A DNA stretch of 62,923 nucleotides, filler included, from Octopus bimaculoides (Eukaryota): the NCBI RefSeq assembly GCF_001194135.2. It is 7 parts of 7 records of this genome, joined end to end, with 100 filler letters (N's around TTAATTAATTAA, not from the genome) between each part and the next. Parts side by side here need not be neighbours in the genome. Positions count along the whole stretch, not along the records: positions 7,278 to 17,960 come from NW_026314721.1; positions 18,061 to 21,274 come from NC_069007.1; positions 21,375 to 38,975 come from NC_068983.1; 4 more parts are not named here. One strand, 5' to 3'. A program made the translations under genes and the position numbers. Below are positions 13,324 to 24,918 of the stretch, piece after piece (position 1 is the stretch's first letter; each line of letters starts with the position of its first letter). The notes beneath the pieces are model-generated. The model was not told the DNA's origin, did no database searches, and was given only the letters and a program-made list of their open reading frames with translations.

Positions 13324-14094
13324 GGTAGAGGCCTCCCTCATTGGCTCATACATACATATATCCATAGATAAGAGAGTAGGGTGTGATTTGAGGGAGATTT
13401 GGTTGCTATTTCTAGCATGTCTAGCTACCATGTAGAGGCCTCCCTCATTGGCTCATACATATATACATAGATCAGAGAGTAGGGTGTGATTTGAGGGAGA
13501 CTTGGTTGCTATTTCTAGCAGGTCCAGCTATCATGTAGAGGCCTCCCTCATTGGCTCATACATATATACATAGATAAGAGAGTAGGGTCTGATTTGAGGG
13601 AGATTTGGCTGCTATTTANNNNNNNNNNNNNNNNNNNNNNNNNNNNNNNNNNNNNNNNNNNNNNNNNNNNNNNNNNNNNNNNNNNNNNNNNNNNNNNNNN
13701 NNNNNNNNNNNNNNNNNNNNNNNNNNNNNNNNNNNNNNNNNNNNNNNNNNNNNNNNNNNNNNNNNNNNNNNNNNNNNNNNNNNNNNNNNNNNNNNNNNNG
13801 GTAGAGGCCTCCCTCATTGGCTCATACATACATATATCCATAGATAAGAGAGTAGGGTGTGATTTGAGGGAGATTTGGTTGCTATTTCTAGCATGTCTAG
13901 CTACCATGTAGAGGCCTCCCTCATTGGCTCATACATATATACATAGATCAGAGAGTAGGGTGTGATTTGAGGGAGACTTGGTTGCTATTTCTAGCAGGTC
14001 CAGCTATCATGTAGAGGCCTCCCTCATTGGCTCATACATATATACATAGATAAGAGAGTAGGGTCTGATTTGAGGGAGATTTGGCTGCTATTTA
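13324..14094. repeat. Tandem array of 103-107-bp units, shown twice across a gap
   Basis: Units start GTAGAGGCCTCCCTCATTGG at 13325, 13432, 13535 and again at 13801, 13908, 14011; 13324-13618 matches 13800-14094. Confidence 0.9.
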
Positions 14095-14682
14095 TATATA
14101 TGGATACAGGACTTCAACAGTAAACAACATGAAATATGAAAACAAATGAGTTAAATACGCAAACAATGAGAGAAAAAAATGGAAAACAGGACAAGTAATC
14201 CACAGAACGACCCTTCATCAGTTGTCAAACCATGCAACCCATACCAGCATGGAAAGCGGACATTAAACAATGATGATGATGATGGTGAATTCCCTTATAA
14301 CCCCTCCCTACCAGACTTTTTTTCCTACCCAGGCCCAATCCGTCTTTCTCCTTTTAGAGTCTACCCCGCACCTTCCACCTCCCAGCCACTTTCACTTTGG
14401 AATTTTTTGTGTATACGTGACTTTCCAGCAGTCATCGACACATTCTGTGTACGTGACATTCTTGCTGTTATCGACGACACACGCAACAATTTTAAACACA
14501 CCATTGGCCATCCTCTACCCATCTATCTAACTGCTGTCTTTCCATTTATCTATCTCAATCTCAATCTATCATCTTTCTATCTCTCTATATATATCTATTT
14601 GTCAACGCATCAAATTCTCTGGCCTCAAGTCACTCTGTTGCTTCTGCTAAATATATGTATATATATGTCTATATATATATAT

Positions 14683-15078
14683 AGGAGTGGCAGTGTGGTA
14701 AGTAGCTTGCTTACCAACCACATGGTCCCGGGTTCAGTCCCACTGCGTGGCATCTTGGGCAAGTGTCTTCTACTATAGCCTCGGGCCGACCAATGCCTTG
14801 TGAGTGGATTTGGTAGACGGAAACTGAAAGAAGCCTGTCGTATATATGTATATATATATGTGTATGTGTTTGTATGTCTGTGTTTGTCCCCTCAACATCG
14901 CTTGACAACCGATGCTGGTGTGTTTACGTCCCCGTAACCTAGCGGTTCGGCAAAAGAGACCGATAGAATAAGTACTAGGCTTCCAAAGAATAAGTCCTGG
15001 AGTCGATTTGCTCGACTAAAGGCGGTGCTCCAGCATGGCCACAGTCAAAAGACTGAAACAAGTAAAAGAGTAAAAGAG
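14683..15078 (+). mobile_element. tRNA-like SINE, family A, full length
   Basis: Near-identical to 8170-8574; tail GTAAAAGAGTAAAAGAG. Confidence 0.9.
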
Positions 15079-15111
<33 letters not shown>

Positions 15112-15124
15112 GTATATACCTATC

Positions 15125-15347
15125 TGGCCAGCTCTTGTCAAACCGTCGCACCCATGCCAGCATGGCAGGCGGATGTTAAACGATGATGATGATGATAATG
15201 AAGATGGTGTCATACGCCTATCTATGTATCTCTCGTTTTGTGTATCTGTTTTTCTATTTATCTACAGATCTCTCTATATATAACCATTATCTTCCTATTA
15301 ATCAATCTATCTATTTATCTAAAACATTAACTAGAATTAATAATGAT

Positions 15348-15401
<54 letters not shown>

Positions 15402-15725
15402 CTTCAATATAGAATTACATGATACAAGAAGCCTACACGTTTCCATTATGCAAATGTCTTTGGATAAAATCATTCAATGTTGCAATATACAAAGTTGTCC
15501 CTCATCATCATCATCATCATCATCATCATCGTTGTTGAACATCTGCCTTCCATGCTGGCATGGGTGGGACGGGTTGACAGGAACCGGCCAGGCAGATGCC
15601 TGCACCAGACTTCTGTGACTGTTTTGGCATGATTTTTACAGCTGGATGCCCTTCCAAATGCCAACCACTCTACAGTGTGGACTGGATGCTTTTTAAGTGG
15701 CACCTGCACTGACAGGGTCACCAAA
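15125..15725. mobile_element. Two RTE 3'-tail fragments in opposite orientation (15125-15200 +, 15502-15725 -)
   Basis: CCCATGCCAGCATGG...GTTAAACGATGATG on +, and its reverse complement downstream. Confidence 0.75.
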
Positions 15726-16746
15726 TAACTTTGCAAGACAAGGAATTTTAGGAAGAGGAGGGATCATTGGAGAAGAGGAACTACTGAGATAAACTTGTTT
15801 GACTAAACCCTTCAAGAAAGTGCTGCAGCATGGCCAGAGTGCCAATGGCTAAACCAACTAAAATATGAAGCAGATACACATCTGCCTTAACTGCTCTCAG
15901 ATTAAATAACGTTCACCTTGTTTGTGAACGACGTAGTTTGAGGGAGAACTTCCTGCTATATCTACCAAGTTATTTGATTACTTAGAAGTCCCATACCCTT
16001 CACTTCTTCTAAGCAATCAATCTGAGGGACAGTTAATCTACTATTTCTGGCAACAGCAAGGCTCCCCTCGTCTGTTTCTCGTAGCAGACGATCCAGTATG
16101 GCGATGACAGACAAGTTATTAAATTCCCAACGACAACCGACAACCGGCGGACATATTTGTCACATACAATACAACAATAAAAGCAGACAGGGAAGAGATT
16201 TAAGTCTGTCAAGAAGTTACATGTTTTATTTTGTGGGGATGAGACGAGAGGGCAACAGAATAAATTCTATGAGAGACAGACAGATTTTATTCTATATTTT
16301 GACAGCCATCAAAATAAAACAGACGGATTCTTCGTTGGCAGAAGACAGTTTTGTCTGAGAGCTGCTATTTGCTACGATGTCTTCCGATGTCTTCCGTTAA
16401 TTCTTGTTGTCGTTTGTTGAATTACCAGTTTATTGTTCCAGCAATAAAATATATTTAAAGCTTTCTGTCGTATCTCTTTGTAATGGCCCGTGTAAATGCC
16501 GTTAATATTGCTTGCAACAGATGTGAAGCTCAGAGCTCCAGATGTTGTTTAAATTTATGCCAACCGCTGGAAGTTTCTTTCAAAAAAAAAAGGTCATTCC
16601 GATGTACTTTGGCAGGCTGAGGACGAAATTTGCTTTTAATTTTTTGTAAAAATTAATAATAAAAAAGTTACAAACAGTTGAAGGTTTTTACTTTGAGTCA
16701 AGCGTCAACTTTCATTGCAAAAATATCGTCTGTGCTGATCTCCATT

Positions 16747-16886
16747 GCAGTTCAGCAAAAGAGATTGATAGAATAAGTTCTAGGCCTACAAAGAAAAAGC
16801 TCTGGGGTTGATTTCTTTGCATAAAAAGGCAGTGCTCCAGCATGGCCGCAGTCACATGACCGAAACTAGTAACAGAATAAAAAAAG
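16747..16886 (+). mobile_element. Family A SINE, 3' half only
   Basis: GTTCAGCAAAAGAGATTGATAGAATAAG...GTGCTCCAGCATGGCCGCAGTC. Confidence 0.8.
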
Positions 16887-16940
16887 AAGAATATATATAT
16901 TATATATATATATACATATATATACAAATATACAATACAT

Positions 16941-16981
<41 letters not shown>

Positions 16982-17789
16982 GTACATGTCTATTATACAA
17001 CTTATGTATATTCTATCTTTTTTTAATTCCAAGAATGCTTTTTCTCTGAATAAGGAACTAGCTTCCAAAGAAGAACCGAAATTCCATCATTGAAAGTTAG
17101 ACAACAACAACAACAACAACAACAACAACAGCTGCAGCTGAATAAAGTGTGTGTGTGTGCATGTATATATGTGTGTGTATGTATATATATATGTGTGTGT
17201 GGGGGGGGGGGTTTGCTTGGCTGGAGCATCTTTGATCATAGGATCAGAGCTGACCTGGGGCGAAGCAACATCAGCACCTACACCGCTGTCATCACCACCA
17301 CCACCAGCACCACCACTGCCACCACCACAATAACAATAACAGCAACAAAGCAAGTTTTGGAAGATAGCCAATCAAAACACACACACACACACAAATACAC
17401 ACACATATAAACACATATAAACACATATAAACACATACCTTTACACACAAACAAAATAATTGCACACACAAGGAATAATAAGAACACATACTCGAATGTA
17501 CAGAGGTACAGAGATCACCATACAAACACAGATATATATATATGTGTGTGTATATATATATATATATATACACACACAGACACACACATATATACATATA
17601 CATACTGAGATTCACACCCACACAGAAACATCAACAGACACACACAAACACACACTCATATATTCACAGAAACACACAGACGCGCACTCACACACACATA
17701 AATCTACATGCGGAACCCCCATTCTCCCGCCACCACCCTCCGCACTGTTAGTGTTATATCTCGATAGAGACTGTAATACGATAGCACGA

Positions 17790-17836
<47 letters not shown>

Positions 17837-17929
17837 TTATCTTTTTCCTGGAAATCTTTTATAAATCTTGGCTTTCAAGTCGACCATTGTTCAGACTGAC
17901 CTTACCACAATGTTCTTCATAGCCAAGAC

Positions 17930-17960
<31 letters not shown>

Positions 17961-18060
17961 NNNNNNNNNNNNNNNNNNNNNNNNNNNNNNNNNNNNNNNN
18001 NNNNTTAATTAATTAANNNNNNNNNNNNNNNNNNNNNNNNNNNNNNNNNNNNNNNNNNNN
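17961..18060. other. Artificial scaffold spacer
   Basis: 44N + TTAATTAATTAA (18005-18016) + 44N. Confidence 0.97.
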
Positions 18061-18061
18061 A

Positions 18062-18109
18062 ATCTTACAGCTGTTTCTGGGATATTAAGGAGATCCCTTC
18101 ATCAGAGAC
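18062..18109 (-). ncRNA. Minimal type I hammerhead ribozyme-like motif
   Basis: Minus strand: GTCT-CTGATGA-A-GGGAT(9-nt loop)ATCCC-A-GAAA-CAGCTG-TA-AGAT. Stems I and II pair; stem III ACAGCTGT is palindromic; cleavage triplet GUA. Confidence 0.65.
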
Positions 18110-18561
18110 GATATGAGAATTAGAGGGAAATAGTAGAGTTCAATATAAGGAGTTATTTTTGGAAAAGGATGGACATAGGAAGTATAAAGGGAAATAAGAG
18201 AATAAAAATGAATTCTACCTAAGAGTGGATTATAACTTGGGCAATATGGCCCTTTTGCGGCTTTGCGAGCTTACATGTGTGATTATATATGAAAAGACTG
18301 CTATGTAAAATGCAGAATGGGTGGAGTTTTAGAATAAGCCTGCCACTGCAATTTTCTGAACTAGTTTTCATAAACATCAGATTTCTATGCCTCAAACGCA
18401 ATATTAATTACTTTAAGCAGTTAATTATAAAAGTAGAGGAAGAAATGTTTCTAAATTTCACAATTAGTTGAAAGGATGTGCTTTAAACAAAATTAGCAAA
18501 AATGTTCCAGAACAATGAACTTTTTTCTCTTCAAATGTACTTTTTCCAAAAGGTCCCTCAC

Positions 18562-18711
18562 CTTTGACAGAGCCAAACACAATGTTAGATTTGGTAAAGT
18601 TATTGACCAATGGTAAAACAGGACTGACCAGGATTGGATCGTTTTTGATCAGAAAATCAACCCAATCAAGTCTTCTTTGGGACTTGTCTTCTCTTATAAT
18701 TCTATTCACAT
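18562..18711 (-). CDS. Candidate internal coding exon, unidentified protein (DVNRIIREDKSQRRLDWVDFLIKNDPILVSPVLPLVNNFTKSNIVFGSVK)
   Basis: CTAAT..CACCAGAG acceptor just after an in-frame stop, AAG|GTGAGG donor; 150-nt symmetric phase-1 open frame in unique sequence. Confidence 0.4.
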
Positions 18712-19270
18712 CTCTGGTGCATTAGAGGAATATCCTTGTAATTAAAAGACCCCAGTGCTTGCCTTGGCAATAACAACAACAATGGAATCATGATGACAAA
18801 AATCAATCGTTGTTCATCCATAGGGTATGGGTGGAGGTGGAGAATAGGGGAGGGGGCAGTTAATTTATAAGGGAAGTATCGAACTGCTAAGAATCTGTAG
18901 TAAATAAAATTGTATTTACCAAAATGAGGAATTGGTAAATGATGCAAAACTAGAAATAAATTCTTGACTCTTTCACCCCAATATAACTATTACTACTACA
19001 CCAACAATAACAACAACCACAATGATGACAGCAGATATAACAACAACAACAACTGTAGGGTATGGGTGGAGGTGGAGAATGGGGGAGCAACAGCAGCAGC
19101 AGCAGCAACAACAGCTTCCACAACAACAACAGCAATAACAACTGCAGTGACAGCAACAGTAACAGCAACAACTGAAACAAAAACAACAACAACAACATTA
19201 GTGATGACAACAACTGCAACAGCACATCAACAACAACAACAACAACAATAATTCCGTAGCTGGGAATTAC

Positions 19271-19326
19271 CAAATTCTTGGTGTAATTGAGTTGGCTTCA
19301 TTATTGGTGAAGTGAATCGAGCTATG
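19271..19326 (-). CDS. Candidate 56-nt coding exon upstream of the 18562-18711 exon
   Basis: Poly-T..CTGCAG acceptor and TTG|GTAATT donor; one frame (IARFTSPIMKPTQLHQEF) joins the next exon in phase 1. Confidence 0.3.
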
Positions 19327-19386
19327 CTGCAGTTGCAGTTTATCACAAGAAAAAAAAAAAAAAANNNNNNNNNNAAAAAAAAAAAA

Positions 19387-19425
<39 letters not shown>

Positions 19426-19868
19426 CAACAGTAATATAATAAAATATAATAATATGAAAATCAATCTAATTTGGTTTACCAGGATCTGGAAAGTGACTTT
19501 CAATAGTTGTGTCGTTGTATATGGAGTTTCAGCTACTAAAGCCTCCTCCCAGTGGACGGCAATTTGGCAGAGTTTGTGGGACAATGGCAGAATGGTACTG
19601 GTCGTATACATCCAGTGTTCAAACCCTGAAACAATTCTTCCATTTCACTTTTTCAAACTGGAACTTCATGTGTCAATCCCAGGAAGGATGAAAGCAAAGT
19701 TGACCTTGCTGGGATCTGAACACTGGAACGCTGGATGTAAAAAGCCAGTACAGCTTGTTTGATGCTTGAGTGGTTCTGTCATCTCTCTAGACTGGAAATG
19801 CATTTATTGATCCCTGGAGGGCTTAACGGCAAAGTTGATCTCAACAGAATTCGAACACTCGCAGACAA

Positions 19869-20051
19869 GGCAGCGAGCTGGCAGAAACGTTAGCACACCG
19901 GGCAAAATGCTTAGCGGTATTTCATCTGCTGTTACGTTCTGAGTTCGAATTCCGCCGAGGTCGACTTTGCCTTTCATCATTTTGAGGTCAATAAATTAAG
20001 TACCAGTTATGCACTGGGGTCGATGTAATCGACTTAATCCCTTTGTCTGCC
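19869..20051 (+). mobile_element. tRNA-like SINE, family B (3' end in gap)
   Basis: GGCAGCGAGCTGGCAGAAACG...GAGTTCGAATTCCGCCGAGG. Confidence 0.9.
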
Positions 20052-20238
20052 NNNNNNNNNNNNNNNNNNNNNNNNNNNNNNNNNNNNNNNNNNNNNNNNN
20101 NNNNNNNNNNNNNNNNNNNNNNNNNNNNNNNNNNNNNNNNNNNNNNNNNNNNNNNNNNNNNNNNNNNNNNNNNNNNNNNNNNNNNNNNNNNNNNNNNNNN
20201 NNNNNNNNNNNNNNNNNNNNNNNNNNNNNNNNNNNNNN

Positions 20239-20580
20239 TCAGTCCCACTGTGTAGCACCTTGGACAAATGTCTTCTACTATAGCCTTGGGCCGACCAAAG
20301 CCTTGTGAGTGGATTTGGTAGACAGAAACTGAAAGAAGCCCATTGTATATATGTGTATATATATGTGTATGTGTGTGTATATGTTTGTGTGTCTGTGTCT
20401 GTCCCCCACCAACATCTGTGTTTATGTCCCCATAACTTAGCAGTTCGGCAAAGGAAACCGATAGAATAAGTACTAGGCTTACAAAGAATAAGACCTGGGG
20501 TCGATTTGCTTGACTAAAGGCAGTGCTCCAGCATGGCCGCAGTCAAATGACTGAAACAAGTAAAAGAGTAAAGAGAAAAG
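20239..20580 (+). mobile_element. tRNA-like SINE, family A (head partly in gap)
   Basis: TCAGTCCCACTG...GTAAAAGAGTAAAGAG. Confidence 0.88.
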
Positions 20581-21274
20581 AAAGTAACTCTTTACATCTA
20601 GTGTTCAAATTCTGTCAAGGTCAGTTTGGCCTTTAAGCCCTCCAGGGTTCAATAAATGCATTTCCAGTCTAGAGTGATGATGGACTCATTCAAGCATCAA
20701 ATTATACTGGCATTTTACATCATAGTGTTCCAGTGTTCAAATCTCAGTGAAGTCAACTTTGCTTTCATCATTCCTGGGGTTGATACATGAGGTTCCCGTC
20801 CGAAAAGGTGAACTGGAAGAACTGTTAGAGTCTCAGACAGGACCCCTTGCAGTATTCATTCCAGCTCGTTGCATTCTGAGTTCAAATCCTGCATTAGCTA
20901 ACTTGAGTGGCACATTTGATTCATTGCCCTCTGGCACTTAGGGCATCTTTAGCAATGTTCATCCTATCACAAATGCATCATGGAATACCCAAGACAAAGT
21001 ATTAGGTGAGGTACCATAGCTTTTATTTGTTTCAATTATTAGACTGGGGCCATGCTTGAAGAATTTTTTCAGCTGAATGAATTTACCCCAGTGCAAACAC
21101 ACCAATACTGGGCCTAGTAGTTATTCTTTCGGTCCCTTGCCAAAGTTACAGAGACATAAACATACCAACACTGATCGTCAAGTGGGATGGTGTGGGGTGG
21201 GACAAAGGCACAAAGCAATGCTTGCATAGATATATACATATGCATACATACATACATACATACATATATATATA

Positions 21275-21374
21275 NNNNNNNNNNNNNNNNNNNNNNNNNN
21301 NNNNNNNNNNNNNNNNNNTTAATTAATTAANNNNNNNNNNNNNNNNNNNNNNNNNNNNNNNNNNNNNNNNNNNN
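21275..21374. other. Artificial scaffold spacer
   Basis: 44N + TTAATTAATTAA (21319-21330) + 44N. Confidence 0.97.
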
Positions 21375-21376
21375 AG

Positions 21377-21727
21377 CAATGCACTATAATAACAACAATG
21401 GACTATAATGACTGTTATAATTTAATCATCCATAATCTTATATAATATTTTGGAATATAAAAATTACTTCTTCAGATATCCCTAGAAATTGATCGCGTCA
21501 CTGCTATAATCGGTTTTCCAGTGGGATTTTTTTTTCGGAAGCATCTCTGCAGTGGGCTCGTGAAGCTCCTTCTGAAATTCCATTGGAAAACCGATTATGG
21601 CAGTGACTCGATCAATTGCTAAGAATGTCTGAAGAAGGAATTTTTATATTCCGAAATATTATATCAGATTATGGATGATTAAATTATCACAGTCATTTTT
21701 GTCCATCGTTGTTATTAGAGTACATTG
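21377..21727. mobile_element. Imperfect palindrome of about 350 bp (MITE/foldback-like), left arm cut by contig edge
   Basis: Arms of about 155 bp, e.g. ATAATTTAATCATCCATAATC vs GATTATGGATGATTAAATTAT; loop about 40 bp. Confidence 0.85.
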
Positions 21728-21808
21728 TTGTGCCATTCAAGACACATTGTTTTGTGTGTGTGTGTGTGTATAATGGTTAGTTCTTCGTTGCAGTCGAGGG
21801 TCACTAAT

Positions 21809-21925
21809 TGTAACGGTTGTTGTTAAGGTGTTGGTTGCCAGTATAACGGTTTGTAAGATGAACGAAGAACAGTGATCAAAGTTGTAAAGAAATATTTATT
21901 TACCGTTACTTTGTATAATGCCATA
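21809..21925 (-). repeat. LTR-like direct repeat, copy 1 (copy 2 at about 25469-25582)
   Basis: About 110 bp shared (GTTGTTAAGGTGTTGGTTGCCAG...TATAATGCCATA). On the minus strand it has AATAAA, ends in ACA and is followed by PBS-like ATTAGTGACCCTCGAC. Confidence 0.5.
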
Positions 21926-24603
21926 CCACAGCGGGTAGGCTAGTGTAATAGTATAACACAGTTTGGAAAGCATGCAAAGTAAAGAAAGTTAATTTTGGCC
22001 TGTATATGTGTGTACACGATCTCATAGTAGTATATAGAGAGAGATATGGTAATGTTACAGAGAAAAGAAAGTGAGAGAAGTGGGACGAAACAACTGTTTC
22101 GTTGGTGAGTTACTATAGTTATCCTTTTGTGTCTTTTCCTTCAGAGACGGTGTTTTGTTCAGCCGGTCAGCCAGACTCAGTTCTCACTAACTGACTTTGG
22201 CTTACGGAGTTCTTGTTTTTATAACTATCCAAAACCATCCAGATGGATAGACATATTGTTGAGAACAATAGATTTTGTTGGCGGTCTGTTATCTCTATTC
22301 TAGCTTTTTGTGGCCTAGAAGAGGTTAGAAGAGGCAAGTGGCAAAGACATTATTCTGTTTAGCGAAGGCATCTGGCAAATGTAACTGCTGTCACGCACAG
22401 AAAAACTATTGCTTTAACGTGAGAAAAGTGTTGTTGAACTGTTAAGTGAAATTTGGTTATCAAGGATCGAATCCACGCTATGCCTGCATGAAGGCACTAT
22501 ATTACTTCCCCTCCAGAGAGGTTCTGAGAAAAGGAAACGAACGATCGAGGAAGAGAAAGAAATGCATGGCTGAAGAAAAATTTTGCATATCAGGCGAGAA
22601 GATCGTTGAAGTGTATTTGGGACAATTTTCTATTCGGATAAGTCCGAATAGCAGTGTCGCTCTGAGTACCAAAATGTGCAGTCAATGACTGGGCAGTATG
22701 GAAAATGAGTTAGCGCATGCATGCGTGTGAGGGCATATACATGAGTGCAGGTGCACGTATCAAAATTCACTGTAAAATAAGCTCGTGTGAGCAAGTGAGT
22801 GTATTCTCAATCCGTGATATCGTAGATCTTCCTGCAGGATTGCAGTGGGTGAAATCCTTTGAAGGTTTTTCAGGAGTGAAATGTGTCTGGTGCTGTTGTC
22901 GTGGGTAATTGCTGAGGTAAGCAAGAACGACAGTGTAACATGCTGGAGTGATACGCGAGACAGGTAATTTTCTCCATTCATTGCATGGCCAAAACAGGGG
23001 TCTAACAGAGGGAAATTATCTCTAACATGAGCGCAGAGTATGTGAACATCCGACGTGCATCGAGTCAGGAAAGGGCTGAGCTTCCTTCTTGGAGTTAATT
23101 TGACATTATTTTTGAATTCTGCATGCAAAAACATATAAGATACAGGTATCCTTTTCCTTGGGCAGTGGAGGCAAAATAGAGTTGCATATGCATGTGTGTA
23201 AAAGGGCTCATGGCTGAGGTAGTACGCTAGTGCAGTGATTACAAATACAGTGTACAAGTGTTGAATATGCCAGTGATTGAGGTAGTGCTGAATATGCCAG
23301 TCAATGCATGAGGTAATAAATGCCTTGAAAGTGAAAGTGAGACATGCTGGTGCGTCGTAGAGGACAAACAACTTTCTCTATGTACACATGACCGACCTAG
23401 GGTCTTACGTAGGCGAGTTGTGTCTACAAGGATGCAGGGAGCATGAAAAACAAGCGAGAAAGGCATGGTGTGGTGTGGTGCGTAAATGTGACAGTGTTAG
23501 CATGCAGGTACATGTATGAGCGTTGTGTGGCACAGCAAAAGAAATGAACGGTACAGAAATGAGTAAACAAAAGGTGGCAAACTTAGCTGAAAATAGTCTA
23601 CTGCTGAAAGTGAAAAAAGATCTGCATGCAAAGAAAAAGTGGTTGTTGAGAGTCTTATATACGTGCAAAAAGTTTGTAGACAATGCAGGGCCTGTACGTC
23701 AGGACGAGACGAAAAGGTTGCATATGCGGGCTTCCATAGTTTCTTCCCGTTAAATTGGGGTTCCATGGTCAGCGAATTCTTTGTGCATCTGCAGGGTTGC
23801 ATTGTAGTGAAGTTAATCGCAGTTTGCTTCGCAGTATATTACTTTCAGTTGCGTGTCCTGTAACAAGTGGAATGAAGGTGCATCTTGGTGGTGATGAAAG
23901 TTGTCATTCTTTTCCTCTGGTTTAACGACTGTTGGTATGAAGACTGTAGTTCTTGGATCTAGTCTTTCTCATTTGCAAAATGAGCCCCCACTTAATTTTG
24001 CTCAGATTGCTTTCAATTTTGGTGTATCGATGCAACTCTGAATTTTGATTATGATCAACCAATTACTTTATCTCGTAAATTAAAGAATCTGATGTTATTT
24101 GGAATTAAAGTTTGGAAAGTTGGGTAATTTTAGCCAACCAACAGACAGCGTGGCATTAGCAGCTTGTTACCATGACAACGGCAAACTGTGTTGTGGTTCA
24201 CTGTTGTATGTGCCGCTGTCGCCTATATTGATTTCACTCACATGTTTTAATTTTTCTGTGTGTTAGTATTTTTACATATTTTTCATTTCATATATTTTGG
24301 GGACTCATTGACTCAGATAGCCGGATTTATGATTTCACTAGGTTAATTCTATTTATAAAAATTTTAATCAGGAGTATTTCTTAAACCGTTAGCTTCACAT
24401 TTCAACAGCTTAACTGAAATTTAGCCATGTAACAGGAACTAGAGAGATATTGTGAAACAGAGAAACTGTGGGTGATACTGATAATTTGACATTATTTTTG
24501 AATTCTGCATGCAAAAACATATAGGATACAGGTATCCTTTTCCTTGGGACAAATTCTTTGTTGATCAGTGTTATTCTTATCATATTTTACAAATCCAAGC
24601 ATG

Positions 24604-24918
24604 TGTAGTAACGCTGTGCGCATGCGTAGTCACACGCATGCGTGGAATTCAACAACCAAGCTATCCCGCTTCATTCTGTCTCTTTTTTGCTGGCCAGCGA
24701 TTGAGCAAGGACGTGTTTAGCTGTCTCTCTCCATCTTTCGAACTTACTCTAGACAGCTCGCTCACATCTACATACCAACGTCCCAACAACCATGCTCACA
24801 CACACAGAAGACGTCTCACAAACAAGAGCTAAAGATGTATATATTAACCACCTTAAATAAATGTTGTTTAAGTTGATAGTCTGGAGTTCAGCGTTCCGTT
24901 AATTCTTAATTTTATATA
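24604..24918 (+). mobile_element. Possible solo LTR
   Basis: Starts TGTAGTAACG, GC-richer body, AATAAA about 60 bp before a T-rich end; no clear TSD or terminal CA. Confidence 0.35.

Larger units (their letters stand above)
19629..20826. repeat. Long inverted repeat: arms 19629-19860 and 20600-20826
   Basis: Arms align as reverse complements, e.g. CTCTAGACTGGAAATGCATTTATTGA / TCAATAAATGCATTTCCAGTCTAGAG; roughly 75-80% identity by eye. Confidence 0.9.

Noticed and set aside
13324-14094. CRISPR-like repeat array
   Set aside because: Units are 103-107-bp direct tandem copies with no unique spacers, in eukaryotic context with no cas genes.
14195-14230. Minus-strand CTGATGAAGGG
   Set aside because: No paired stem II or downstream GAAA; the same applies to the plus-strand CTGATGA near 36775.
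22760-23863. ORFs with faint integrase-like (ADLFSLSAVDYF) or Helitron-like words
   Set aside because: Flanking residues do not keep the expected motif spacing; likely chance.
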